Shown here: positions 51,773-64,000 of the stretch, piece after piece
Layout: every line of letters begins with the position of its first letter
How positions within the stretch are numbered: position 1 is the first letter of the stretch
Source: the human T2T-CHM13v2.0 reference genome, Homo sapiens
DNA length: 64,000 nucleotides
Assembly: GCF_009914755.1 (NCBI RefSeq)
Contig: NC_060927.1
Strand: one strand, 5' to 3'
Program-made: the position numbers and the translations under genes
The notes under the pieces: generated by a model
Told to the model about the DNA's origin: nothing
Databases searched by the model: none
The model's input: only the letters and a program-made list of their open reading frames with translations

Positions 51773-52999
51773 ACATAGAGATATTTATATGCACAGATAA
51801 TGGTTAAAATCCAGACTACTTCAGTTCATAACCTATTGCTGCTACTAATCAGCTACAGGAAGTAAGTGACTTTGGACAACTTACTTCAGATCTCTAGGAT
51901 TCAGTTTCCCCATCTGAAAACTGAGGTGTCTTTGGGCTCAAAGATTCTTATTTTAATTTCCATCTTTGCCCAGAAGTCCTCTCTAAACAATTTAGGAGAG
52001 TTGGATGTATTCTCTGTATTTAAGTCTTTTATCTTAAATCATATCCCATTGTGCCACATCACAATTCTTCCTTTAGTGTTGTAGGAAAAAACAAAAAACA
52101 AAAAACTGTGCTTCAATAGAAAATAAATGTTCAGATCATACCCTTTCAAGTTATCTGGTTCTAGTCTTTTATTGTCTTTTAGCTATTGTACAACTTGGTA
52201 AACTGTAAATAACCGATGGCAATGAAAATAATTCCTGTCTACAAACATGCAGATTCTGAGCTGTCCAGTAGAGGTTATATTGACTTTCCCTCTGCACTTG
52301 GGAAAAAGCCAGCTTTGTCTGCATTTGCACATTCATTTCAATATTCCTGATCTACAAATGTGTCTGTTCTCTGAATTCTCTATCCAGTTCTAACATCTGC
52401 CTGGTTCCTCAGCTGACTAATGAGTTAAGTAAAATCTTTAACATGTGTTCATTTTATAACTGTATCAAAGTCATAATTTTACCATTTTAAAAAAATTATC
52501 TTAGAATGAGTTCTATCTCTACTACACTGGGAACGTCTTATGTACATTTAATATGTTTGCTCAATGAACACACAAATGAAGGAACTGACAAACAAACATA
52601 GTCTTTCTCCCATGGGCACATGAAGATTTCTATATCCACAGATAATGGTTAAGAGTAAAATCCAGACTACTTCAGTTCAGTTACCTACTGCTGCTACTAA
52701 TCAGCTGCATTATCCACAGCAATTATCTGTACTTTCCTTTTCCCATCTGTAAAATGGGAAGAAACCCCCACCCTTTAAAGGTTGTCATTAGGATTAAAAG
52801 AAACAATCCATGAGAAAGTTTTAGTACTATGCATGGCAGCCTTGTAAGTATTTAATGAATTGTACTTATCATCATTTTTAGACAGGTTGACCATTTGGGC
52901 AATCATACACATTCTGTCTTTCATCTAACAACCCACAGGGTGCCCCATACCCAACAGGTGCTTCATAAAGGCTAATGACGGTGGCAGTGACCACAACAG

Positions 53000-53560
53000 T
53001 TCCAAAACCTCCTGGCCTGCCAAGCTTAATAAAGTATGTTATCCATTCTTCCAGACCACTGCTGGAGATGTTACAGCCTGACCTTCTATTGATCCCAACA
53101 TCGTCCCAATGGACCCTGTTCCATTGTAATTTATTACAACAGCCAAATTGAATCCACATGACAGTGCTCAGGGCCAATTCTCATTGAGGGTCTCCCCCTC
53201 TTCTGCCCCTGCCCCTACTGCCCCCAAAGATTTGTGGAGACACTGAATTAGATGATTTACTCAATTCCAGATATTACAGCTATTGAATTCCTTTCTTTAA
53301 TCTTGCACATCCACCTAGAAAACGATAAAGATGGCCTGGCATGATTTGTTCTGCACTCTCGTAAATTTTTTATTAATGCAGAGTCAGTAACCTCCACTTG
53401 CCTGCTCAATTCTTCCCAGCCATGGTCTTTATCTTGAGGAATTCAAGTTGCTTGTTGCTACTGACATCTCCTATATTCCTCAAGCCTTTATTCTCAGTTA
53501 GAAAGAAGCAAGTCCAGAAAGATAGTTCTCTGGCTGCAGGCACGACTGCACATAAATAAT
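53000..53560 (-). mobile_element. Possible L3/CR1 LINE remnant
   Basis: Motif ctggcatgatttgttct (reverse complement of CR1 RT aacaaatcatgccag); highly degenerate. Confidence 0.35.
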
Positions 53561-55424
53561 AACAGGATCTAGCAGATTCTACATGCAAGTTTGCCCAAAG
53601 ATGTCTGAGCAAATTAGTGCCTCCTGTGCTCTATAAGACAATTTCAATCGCTAAAATTGACATTCTTGATTTTTCCTTCAATTCAACACAGGGATGGTGT
53701 CTCAGGCTCTTTCTCTATTGACCTTGTAAGCATTTCGAATGTGATTTTCTACCTCCTGCTTTTCTCTCTGGACTAGACTAGTCTGCATGCTGACACTGCA
53801 ATTGGGAGACTTATCTAACCAAACTAGTTTGTCAGCTACCATAACACTTAGCACAGTGTTTGTTTAGTTCCCATGTCCTTGATCATAGAGACTCTACAAA
53901 AGAAAGGAAGGGACTTTAAAGGATGAATTATTCAAAGAAAAAAATATTTAGCTTAAAATTCTAAATAAAGGTCTTGTGGCAATGACGAGAAAAAATATAT
54001 AAACCACACAGAAACATACAACAAATGTTTGGACTATGAATGGAAATGAAATACTAAACCAAAGATTCTTCAAGAACAGTTTCTGAGAGTTTAAATTTGA
54101 ACATAGCAAATAACATATATTTCCTTATGACAATTGCCATGTTTACCAGAAATCTAAGTTAAAGTTACTGTAAACAGAAGAAATACATAAATTACCTTGG
54201 GTGCTTAACTAAGTTCTGTATCTGTAATTCAGTAAACTGCTATAAAAAGTATTTTAAAATGGAGGATTAAAATAATGCAAAGGAAAATTAGCTGATATAC
54301 ACGTGGGTATAAGCACATTACCGTGACCAACTTAAATTAGCAAATAAACATTTCATGCTATGTGTAGAATTTTTTCTGCATTTCATATTATAAACCATAA
54401 ATCTTAATTTTCCTTGTTAATGTTAAATGTTTATTTTGTTCATTGGCTTATGCAATAAAAATAGATAACTATTTTATATAGATTCAAGAGATCCCATTTT
54501 TAAAAGCCTAATTTGATTTTTAAGAATAAAAAGGCTATACTGTTTCTTTTTTAAAAGAAGTATAATATGGTACTTACATGTAAGCTAATTATTTTAAAAT
54601 AAAGAAGTACTATTGCTTTAGAAATGAAAAATAAACAGGATAAATAATAAACGGTAAGAGAACTCTTTTCAGTTCAGGCTTCAGGGCAAAACTGTACACC
54701 TCTGTACAAGATCTGGTGTGAATTTTCTGTGGGGATCTGAAGCTTATCAGGCCAAACTTACACATTTAAAAGGCTTGGCCAATTACCATGTATCTATCTG
54801 CTCTAGGGGTGAAAGCAGCATCTATGATACCTCTGGTCACTCTCCAAACCATTCACTGCTTACTATGAATGCTAGAAAATGAAGATGGATTTGCACAAAC
54901 TCATGCTGATTACAAAAAATAATAATAATGATACAAGGCCCTTTTTTCTCATTCTAAAACAAGAAGCGCTCATTTCTTTTATTTTTAAAAATAGTTAAAT
55001 GCTATCGTTTCAGCACAACCCATTGCACACACATGAACACACACCCAAACACACATATGCATGCCTTTCCCTGCCCTTTAGGGAGTTTATCATTAGTATA
55101 CCACCAGAATTGTTGACCCTACCTAACTTCCCATGTAACTTTGCAAGTTTACCATCAAAGGCTCTGGATTCTGGTCTCAACTCTGACTTGAGCTCACCTG
55201 GGGTAATGCATTTGATTTCTGGCTCTCAGACTAGAAAATCTTACCTTCTCAACAGACGGAGACTAGGTTGTTTCTCCAGTCCTTTTCAGTGCCGACATCC
55301 TACCCTGCCCCAACTCTGGCTTCGGAATAACTTCAGGGATGAAAGACACATATGGTTATGACAGAGATTGTTTCATAAACAACAAGGTTACTCTCAGAGT
55401 TATCTTTAAGAGTATCCTCTTTAG

Positions 55425-55770
55425 AATGAACTATTGATAAAAGCTACAACATGGATGAGTTTCAATGCATTATGCTAAGTCAAAGAAGCCAGACACGAAA
55501 GTCTATCCATATACAGGATGATTCCATTTTTATGACATTCTAGAAAAGGCAAAACTACAAGGCATGGGGAACAAACTGGTGATTGCCAGGGATTGGAGGC
55601 TGGGGAGAGAGATTGACCACAAAGGGCAGCACAAGGGAGGATTACAGAAGTGCCCCGTGTCATGATTGTGAAGGGGCTTACATTACTTTGTTTTTGTTAA
55701 AACACATAGAACTGTACACCACAAAAAGTGAATTTCACTATTAGTAAAGTTAAAAAGCAATTAAAAATTA
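55425..55770 (+). mobile_element. L1ME-type 3' UTR fragment
   Basis: caacatggatgagt...tatgctaagtcaaagaagccagacac...gacattctagaaaaggcaaaacta. Confidence 0.75.
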
Positions 55771-57165
55771 TCTTTGTGAAATAATTTCATTTTCTTTCCA
55801 AGCTCTTAAAAAATTGAGGAGTTTAGCATTTAAGTTCGGATTTTTTGTATAAAATAATAATTTATTGAGCACCAACAGTGATGGTCAGTTTGTTCATTCA
55901 ACAAATACCTCTTGAACACCTACTATGCTGAGAAAAATTCAGACTGAAAGTAAGAGGTGAGCTTATCCTCATTTTAATGACAGGGAAACTGAGGCAGAGG
56001 ATATGTAAGTAACTTGCCAAAGATTAAAAAGACCTTAAGTAACAACACTGAGATTCAAAGCCAGGCCTGTCACAGTTCATGCCCTTAATAAACTAATTAT
56101 ACTGAAGCATGCATGTATGTATGCATAAGTTATGTCTGTGTATAAAGTTTTTAAAATAAAAATCAGGTTATACTATAAAGTGGTGTTGAGGGTGTGGGAA
56201 AATAGGCATTTTCTGATACTTCTCTGTACATACATATTGTAAAGTTTATTTCCATTAACAAAATAGAGTGAATATCTTTCTATATCATTAAATATACTCA
56301 TAAATATACTCATCTATAACATCATGTCTACTGGCAGAATTTCCATGTATGAATATACCATCATTTATTTAGTTACTCCTCCACTTGGGAATGCTTTCAC
56401 TGATCTGGAAAAAAAATTTTTTTAAAGAACTATGCCGTGAACAAGCCTGTAGCTAAATCAATACCTACATCCTCAATCTTTTCCTAGAATGAATTCCTAG
56501 GTAAAGAATCAATAGGTTAAATAGCTCTGGTCAAATGCCCCATGTTTGTTTTCCCCTGACTACCTGACATTTCATACCTGCCATCTACCTGTCCCAAAGA
56601 ACACTACCGGGCAAGCCCTAAGAAACGTGTCGGTAACATGGAACTGCAGCAAAGGACCTTTGCCTCTATTCCTACCTTCCCACCTGGCCACCCTTGTCCA
56701 TGCCCTCAGCTGTTCACAAGTTCACAGACATTCCATTTGGAGACAGCCTTGGTGTGTGTATGCCGACCTTCATAAACTTTTATAAATCAGTCTATCATAT
56801 GTGACCTTAAGAATTTAACTTCTTATTTTAATAACTAAAGAAAGAAATATCTCCACTCCATGTCAATGAGTGCTATTCATTCAAGCACATCCTGTTTGCT
56901 TAGCTTTGCTTCATTCAGACTTTATTCACAAAAAAGCTACAGAACGCAACAGAAACTAAGGAAGACCTCACCCTTGGGAACGAACGACTTACTTCCCTTT
57001 GCACCAGAAAGGATGTCTGAGGCAAACAGTAAATATAGTCTGGAAAAGAAGTGAACTTTGTTTAACTCTATTAAATATTTAGAGTACACTTTTAAAATCT
57101 CAAACTTGCCATGAAGGTTGCTATATGATAGAGTTGCCTAGAGGCTGTAAGAACTTGTGATCTAC

Positions 57166-57265
57166 ACCAGAGTTGAGCAAACTGCAGCCCATGGGCCAAA
57201 CTGGCCCACTGCCTGTTTTTGTAAATAAAGTTTTATTGGAACACAGCCATTCCTATTTATTTACT
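57166..57265. mobile_element. MER58A fragment
   Basis: agcaaactgcagcccatgggccaaa...gtttttgtaaataaagttttattggaacacagcca. Confidence 0.75.
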
Positions 57266-57599
57266 CACTCTGAATCCAAAAAGAACTTTGGACTTATTTA
57301 TTTACTCAATCTATTACATTTCAGTTTTCCAGCTAACATTTATTAAGCACTTATAACATGCCAGCACTGTGCTAAGTACTAAGGATAAAAGAATGACTAA
57401 GACTCAGTCACTTCCTTTGCTGAACTCAGGGTTTAACGAGGAGAGAAACATAAAGATACAACATAGCATTTTAGGAAATCTTAGGTATTTTATCTAAAAT
57501 ACTACAATCTGAAAGCTGTAATAAAGGCTCATTTCCTATGCATACATTTTTAAATAATCCGGGTCCCCCTAAAATTGTAAAACATCATCAAGACTCCCA

Positions 57600-57885
<286 letters not shown>

Positions 57886-57921
57886 TGACATGGACTACTT
57901 TCTTTTAAAAAAAAAAAAAAG

Positions 57922-60900
57922 CATTTTATTTTAGGTTCCAGGATACATGTGCAGAACGTGCAGGTTTGTTGCATAGGTTAATGTGTGCCACGGTGGTTCG
58001 CTGCACCTATCAATCCAACACCTAGGTATTAAGCCCAGTGTGCATTAGCTATTTTTCCTGATGCTCTCCCTTCCCCTGTGACCCCCCTGCCCCTACTGAC
58101 TGGCCCTGGTGTGTGTTGTTCCTCTCCCTGTGTCCATGTATTCCCATTGTTAGCTCCCACTTATGAGTGAGTATATGTGGTGTTTGGTTTTCTGTTCCTG
58201 TGTTAGTTTGCTGAGGATGATGGCTTCCAGCTTCATCCATGTCCCTGCAAAGGACATGATTTCATTCCTTTTTATGGCTGCATAGTATTCCATGGTGTAT
58301 ATATACCACATTTTCTTTATCCAGTCTATTATTGACAGGCATTTGGGTTGATTCCATGTCTTTGCTATTATGAATAGTACTGCAATGAGCATACATGTGC
58401 ATGTATCTTTATAGCAGAACGATTTATATTCCTTTGGGTATATACCCAGTAATGGGATTACTGGGTCAAACAGTATTTCTGGTTCTAGATCTTTGAGGAA
58501 TCACCACTGTCTCCCACAGTGGTTGAACTAATTTACATTCCCATCAACACTGTAAAAGCATTCCTATTTATCCACAGCCTCACCAGCATCTGTTGTTTCT
58601 TGACTTTTTAATAATCGCCATTCTAACCGGCATGAGATGGTAGTTCATTGTGGTTTTGATTTGCATTTCTCTAATGATCAGTGATGTTGAGCTTTGCTTA
58701 GCTTTTCTTCATGTGTTTGTTGGCCACATAAATGTCTTCTTTTGAGAAGTGTCTGTTCATGTCCTTTGCCCACTTTTTGATGGGGTTGTTTTTCTTCTTG
58801 TAAATTTGTTTAAGTTCCTTGTAGATTCTGGATATTAGACCTTTGTAAAAGGGGTGGATTGCAAAAGTTTTCTCCCATTCTGTAGGTTGTCTGTTCACTC
58901 TGATGATAGTTTCTTTTTCTGTGCAGAAGCTCTTCAGTTTAATTAGATCCCATTTGTCAATTTTTGCTTTGTTGCAATTGTTTTTGATGATGTCATCATA
59001 AAATCTTTGTCCATGCCTATTTCCTGAATGGTACCGCCTAGATTTTCTTCTAGGGTTTTTATGGTTTGGGGTTTTACATTTAAGTCTTTAATCCACCTTA
59101 AGTTAATTTTTGTTAAAGTATAAGAAAGTGGTCCTGTTTCAGTTTTCTGCATATGGCCTATTTTCCCAGCACCATTTATTAAATAAGGAATCTTTTCCCC
59201 ATTGCTTGTTTTTGTCAGGTTTGTTGAAAATCAGATGGTTGTAGATGTGTGGTATTATTTCTGAGATCTCTATTCTGTTCCATTGGTCTATGTGTCTGTT
59301 TTGGTACTTGTACCATGCTGTATTGGTTACCATAGCCTTGTAGTATAGTTTGAAGTCAAGCGGCATAATGCCTCCAGCTTTGTTCTTTTTGCTTAGGATT
59401 GTCTTGGCTACATAGGCATGGGCTCTTTTATGGTTCCAGATGAATTTTAAAGTATTTTTTTCTAATTCTGTGAAGAATGTCAATGGTAGTTTGATGGGAA
59501 TAGCACTGAATCTCTAAATTACTTTGGGCAGCATGGCCATTTTCACAATATTAATTCTTCCTATTAACGAGGATGAAATATTTTTCCATTTGTTTGTGTC
59601 TTCTCTTATTTCCTTGAGCAGTGGATTGTAGTTCTCCTTGAAGAGGTCCTTCACATCCCTTGTTAGCTGTTTCCTAGGTATTTTATTCTCTTTGTAGCAA
59701 TTGCGAATGGAAGTTCATTCATGGCTCTCTGCTTGTCTATTGTTGGTGTATAGGAATGCTTGTGATTTTGCACATTGATTTTGTATCCTGAGACTTTGCT
59801 GAAGTTGCTTATCACCTTAAGGAGCTTTTGAGCTGAGACGATGGGGTTTTCTAGATATAGGATCATGTCATCTGCAAATAGAGACAATTTTACTTCCTCA
59901 TTTCCTATTTGAATAATTTCTCTCTCTTACCTGATTGCCCTGGTCAGAACTTCCAATACTATGTTGAATAGGAGTGGTGAAAGAGGGTATCCTTGTGTTG
60001 TGCCAGTTTTCAAAGGGAATGCTTCCAGCTTTTGCCGATTCATGATATTGGCTGTGGGTTTATCATAAATAGCTCTTATTATTTTGAGATATGTTCCACC
60101 AATACGTAGTTTATTGAGACTTTTTAACATGAAGGGATGTTGAATTTTATCAAAGGCCTTTTCTGCATCTATTGAGATAATCACGTGGTTTTTGTCATTG
60201 GTTCTGTTTATGTGATGAATTATGTTTATTGATTTGCGTATGTTGAACCAGACTTGCATCCCAGGGATGAAGCCAACTTGATCATGGCAGCTAAGCTTTT
60301 TGATGTGCTGCTGGATTCAGTTTGCCAGTATATTATTATGGATTTTCGCATCGATTTTCATCAGGGGTATTGGCCTGAATTTTTTGTTGTTGTTGTGTCT
60401 CTGCCAGATTTTGGTATCAGGATGATGCTGGCCTCATAAAATGAGTTAGGGAGAAGTCCTTCCTTTTCAATTGTTTGGAAATATTTCAGAGGGAATCTAC
60501 CAGCTCCTCTTTGTACCTCTGGTAGAATTTGGCTGTGAATCCATCTGCTCCTGGGCTTTTTTTGGTTGGCGGGCTATTTATTACTGCCTCAATTTCAGAA
60601 CTTGTTATTGGTCTATTCAAGGATTTGACTTCTTCCTGGTTTAGTCTTGGGAAGGTGTACGTGTCCAGCAATTTCTCCATTTCACCTAGATTTTCTAGTT
60701 TATTTGCATAGAGGTGTTTGTACTCTTCTCTGATGGTAGTTTGTATTTCTGTGGGGTCAGTGGTGATATCTCCTTTATCATTTTTTATTATGTCTATTTG
60801 ATTCTTCTCTTTTTCCTTCTTTATTAGTCTAGCTAGTGGTCCATTTTATTTATTTATTTATTTTTTTCCAAAAAACCAGCCCCTGGATTCATGATTTTTT

Positions 60901-61553
60901 TGAAGGATCTTTTGTGTCTCTATCTCCATCAGTTCTGCTCTGATCTTAGTTATTTCCTGTCTTCAGTTAATTTTTGGATTGGTTTGCTCTTGCTTCTCTA
61001 GATCTTTTAGTTTTGATGTTACAGTGTCAATTTGAGATCTTTCTAGCTTTCTGATGTGGGCATTTAGTGCTATAAATTTCCCTCTTAACACTGCTTTAGC
61101 TGTGTTCCTGAGATTCTGGTACATTATCTCTTTGCTCTCATTGGTTTCAAAGAACTTGGTTTCTGCCTTAATTTCATTATTTACCCAGGAATCATTCAGG
61201 AGCAGGTTGTTCAATTTCCATGTAGTTGTGTGGTTTTGAGTGAGTTTCTTAATCTTTAGTTCTAATTTGGTTGCACTGTGGTCTGAGAGACTGTTATGAT
61301 TTCAGTTCTTTTGCATTTGCTGAGGAGTGTTTTACTTCCAATTTTGTGATCGATTTTAGAGTAAGTGCCATGTGGCACTGAGAAGAATATATATTCTGTT
61401 GTTTTGGGGTGGAGAGTTCTGTAGATGTCTATCAGGTCCACTTGATCTAGAGCTGAGCTCAAGCCCTGCATATCCTTGTTAATTTTCTGTCTCAATGATC
61501 CTATCTAATATTGACAGTTGGGTGTTAAGGTCTCCCACTATTATTGTGTGGGA
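57922..61553 (-). mobile_element. 5'-truncated L1PA (approx. L1PA8-10), 3.6 kb, disrupted ORF2
   Basis: Successive ORF2 fragments (58150-61495, including [14 protein letters not shown] and [17 protein letters not shown]) and the 3' UTR. Confidence 0.95.
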
Positions 61554-61730
61554 AGACTGCCATTATTTCTATGCTGAGCAGTCAAGGTATTGAAAACTGC
61601 TTTAGTTCCTAGCGGTGCCACTTTAGTGGACCAGCAGCATTCCTTGTCAGTATCCTGTGAACTCTACTACTGTTTACTTGCCTCTGAATTTCCATGAGAG
61701 GTTTGGGAACTCTGAAAAGTTATTTTAACA

Positions 61731-62050
61731 TGTACTTACATCAGTTTTCTATTGCTGTATGACAAAATGCCACCAAATGACTTAAAACAACATCCATTTA
61801 TTAGTTCACAGTTGTGTAAGTCAGAAGTCTGTCAAGGTGTGGCTGGGGTCTCTGCCTGTGGCTGGGGTCTCTGCCTGGGGTATTACAAGGGTGAAATCAA
61901 GACGTCAGCCAGAAGAGCATCTCTCTGGAGGCTCTAGGGAAAAATTCACTTCCAAATCCATCATATTCATAGTCCCAGGCATTATTCAAAGCACATACAA
62001 CAGGGAAGTGGGAAAGCTCAGGGGTCCATCTTAGAATTCTATCTACCACA
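61731..62050 (-). mobile_element. MLT1 MaLR LTR with an internal 19-bp tandem duplication
   Basis: agttttctattgctgtatgacaaa...gacttaaaacaaca...catcttagaattctatctaccaca; tgtggctggggtctctgcc twice at about 61838-61876. Confidence 0.75.
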
Positions 62051-63159
62051 GTACTTTTGTTAGAGTTATAAATGACTTTTATAAACCATAATTGTATTAT
62101 CTAAGGACTGATTATATGTGGGTGCTACTGCTGGTTCTCAAAATCAGCAATCTAAAAAGGAGGTATGATAAAAATGTTATGACAAAGGCTCCAAATTGCC
62201 ATATAGTTTGTGCCATTAATTTAGAATACAACTTCCATGAAAACAGTCTGTTTAAAGCAGTTACATATTTTAGTCTGCAAAAGTTGTAGTATAATCAGGT
62301 GAGTACAAAGGAAAGTACAAAGTACAAAGACTGCAGTATCAGAACAGTAGAAAAATGCTATTACCCACAGTAACTGTGAAGCAATATGCCCCACAAGAAC
62401 ACATTACCCTTACTTTACATTTATACTTATGGGAAACTAAAACAGGTATTATAGACATTTTGAATCATGGACTTCCCTTACAATATAACATGATAAATGC
62501 CAATATAGATATGTGTAAAATTCTTCACAGCAAAGCAGAGTCCATTGGCAAACAAAAGATAAGTAAAAAAAGACAGAACATTTTCCTTCCCACATAAATA
62601 AGGTTGATTTAAATCAAATGGCCTGGGAGTATGTAGGGAGAAAAACAGAATCATCTGCAGACTGAAATATGTAAAGGCTCAACCACCTCTAATCCCATTT
62701 CAAAAACTATAAGCAATAGCTGGCAGCTTGGATTGACAGATGTGTCAAGATGCCTGTACCCGTTAGGGTAGCAGCCGTGGTCAGGGCACTCTGGGCATTT
62801 TTATTTTAAATCTTCAAGGAATTTTGCAAGTAATTATAAACAAACCTTTTTAAAAAAAAAAAATCCATCATAGTGAAATTGAGTATAGAATATAAGGTCT
62901 TAACCCAGAAGCAAATATTTATTTAAAAGAGAATTTGCCTCCCCTGGGTGGGATCAGCTTTTTCATTGAACGAGAATCAATTCTCAGCATGATCTGGCCC
63001 TGAACTGCATTTTTAAATAACACTGATAATTGTTATTGCCACTTGCAAGTCACAAAGGACTAGAACATTTATAATATAGAAGTCAAAATGACTCTCCAAC
63101 TTTAATTATAAAATATATTTGATTGCTAGAAGACGTAAAGAATAGAAAAGCTCCGAAAT

Positions 63160-63575
63160 GTGAAATCTGTTTCCTAAGTGGGCCAAGAAAGTGTGGTCCA
63201 GCTATATTAAATTACTTCTAATTCCACCAAATGCACCGTGCTGCCTCTTCCTGCCAAACCTTTGCAAATGCTATTCTCGCTTTGACTGGACCACTACTCC
63301 TAGCCCCTCATCTCTCAGTTTAGCCATTATCTTTTCCAGGAAGTCCTCCTTATTCATCCCACTCCCCTGGCTAGGTGAGGTGCCCCTCCTATGTGTAGTA
63401 TACCTGGCTGATAGAGCACACATCATCTACAGTCCTGTAACTTGCCTATTTAGTAATTTTCTCCATGAGTCTGAGTTCCCAGTGGGCAGAAATTACAACT
63501 TCTTCAATAATATATGTATCCCCAGTACCTTTGAGGCAGCCAGCTCATTACAGATGCTGAATGTGGACTATTGGA
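63160..63575 (+). mobile_element. L2 fragment
   Basis: cttttccaggaagtcctcc, gagtctgagttcccagtgggcag, tgtatccccagtacct. Confidence 0.6.
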
Positions 63576-64000
63576 TGGCTGGACAGCAGGAGGGCAGGCA
63601 AACAAACAGGCCAGAGTAGGGCAATGGTGCCCAAGGCCTCATATGCCATAGGGACATGGAAAGAAGGAAAGGAAAAGTGTAATCAGATTCAGACACTTGA
63701 GTACAGCCCAGGCTCTGTCACTAATTAGCTCCATGACCCTACATAAGTCACATCATCCCTCAGGTACTCTATATCTTGAGTGGAGAAATGAAGAGGTTGG
63801 ACTAGGAGGCTCCATCAAGTCTCTTCCAGGTTTACTGTTGTCTCATGTCTTCCTGTCTTCAAGACTGTCCAGGCTTCATCAGCATAACCAAAGTTACATG
63901 TCTTTTAAAATCAAATAATATTGGGTTGTGTACACTAGAGCCCAAAGGAAGAAAAATGGAGCTATGTGAAGACAGTGCCTGTAGATGCTGAATGAATGGA

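Noticed and set aside
54197-54222. Possible minus-strand mini-exon ending CAAG|GTAATT
   Set aside because: Weak pyrimidine tract, 20 or 26 nt so not frame-preserving, and no other support.
58049-61495. RT/endonuclease-like ORFs suggesting a novel retroelement
   Set aside because: Frameshifted pieces of an ordinary L1 ORF2.

Overview
Primate (almost certainly human) nuclear genomic DNA from inside ERC2 (CAST1/ELKS2, a presynaptic active-zone scaffold), which runs on the minus strand. Only two coding exons are clear: 11181-11318 and 2737-2877, both phase 0/0 and coiled-coil. Everything above 11318 is one long intron filled with L1, L2, MIR, Alu, MaLR/ERVL LTRs, hAT MITEs and microsatellites. 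Nearly all ORFs in the supplied track are spurious or L1 remnants. I found no new gene cluster or prokaryote-style system. The best signals are: (1) a 114-bp mitochondrial CYTB fragment (NUMT) inside the 3' UTR of an internally deleted L1PA, in the L1's sense and flanked by a 23-bp duplication, which may record L1 reverse transcriptase switching onto mitochondrial mRNA; (2) a candidate frame-preserving 24-nt ERC2 microexon (PNCKACLQ) in a repeat-poor block; (3) a ~640-bp inversion that splits an AluJ; (4) a 15.4-kb nested transposon stack inside a MIR; (5) a 455-bp AT-rich palindrome with perfect 41-bp arms; (6) two short local duplications that preserve ancestral states. Repeat subfamily names and boundaries are by eye and approximate.
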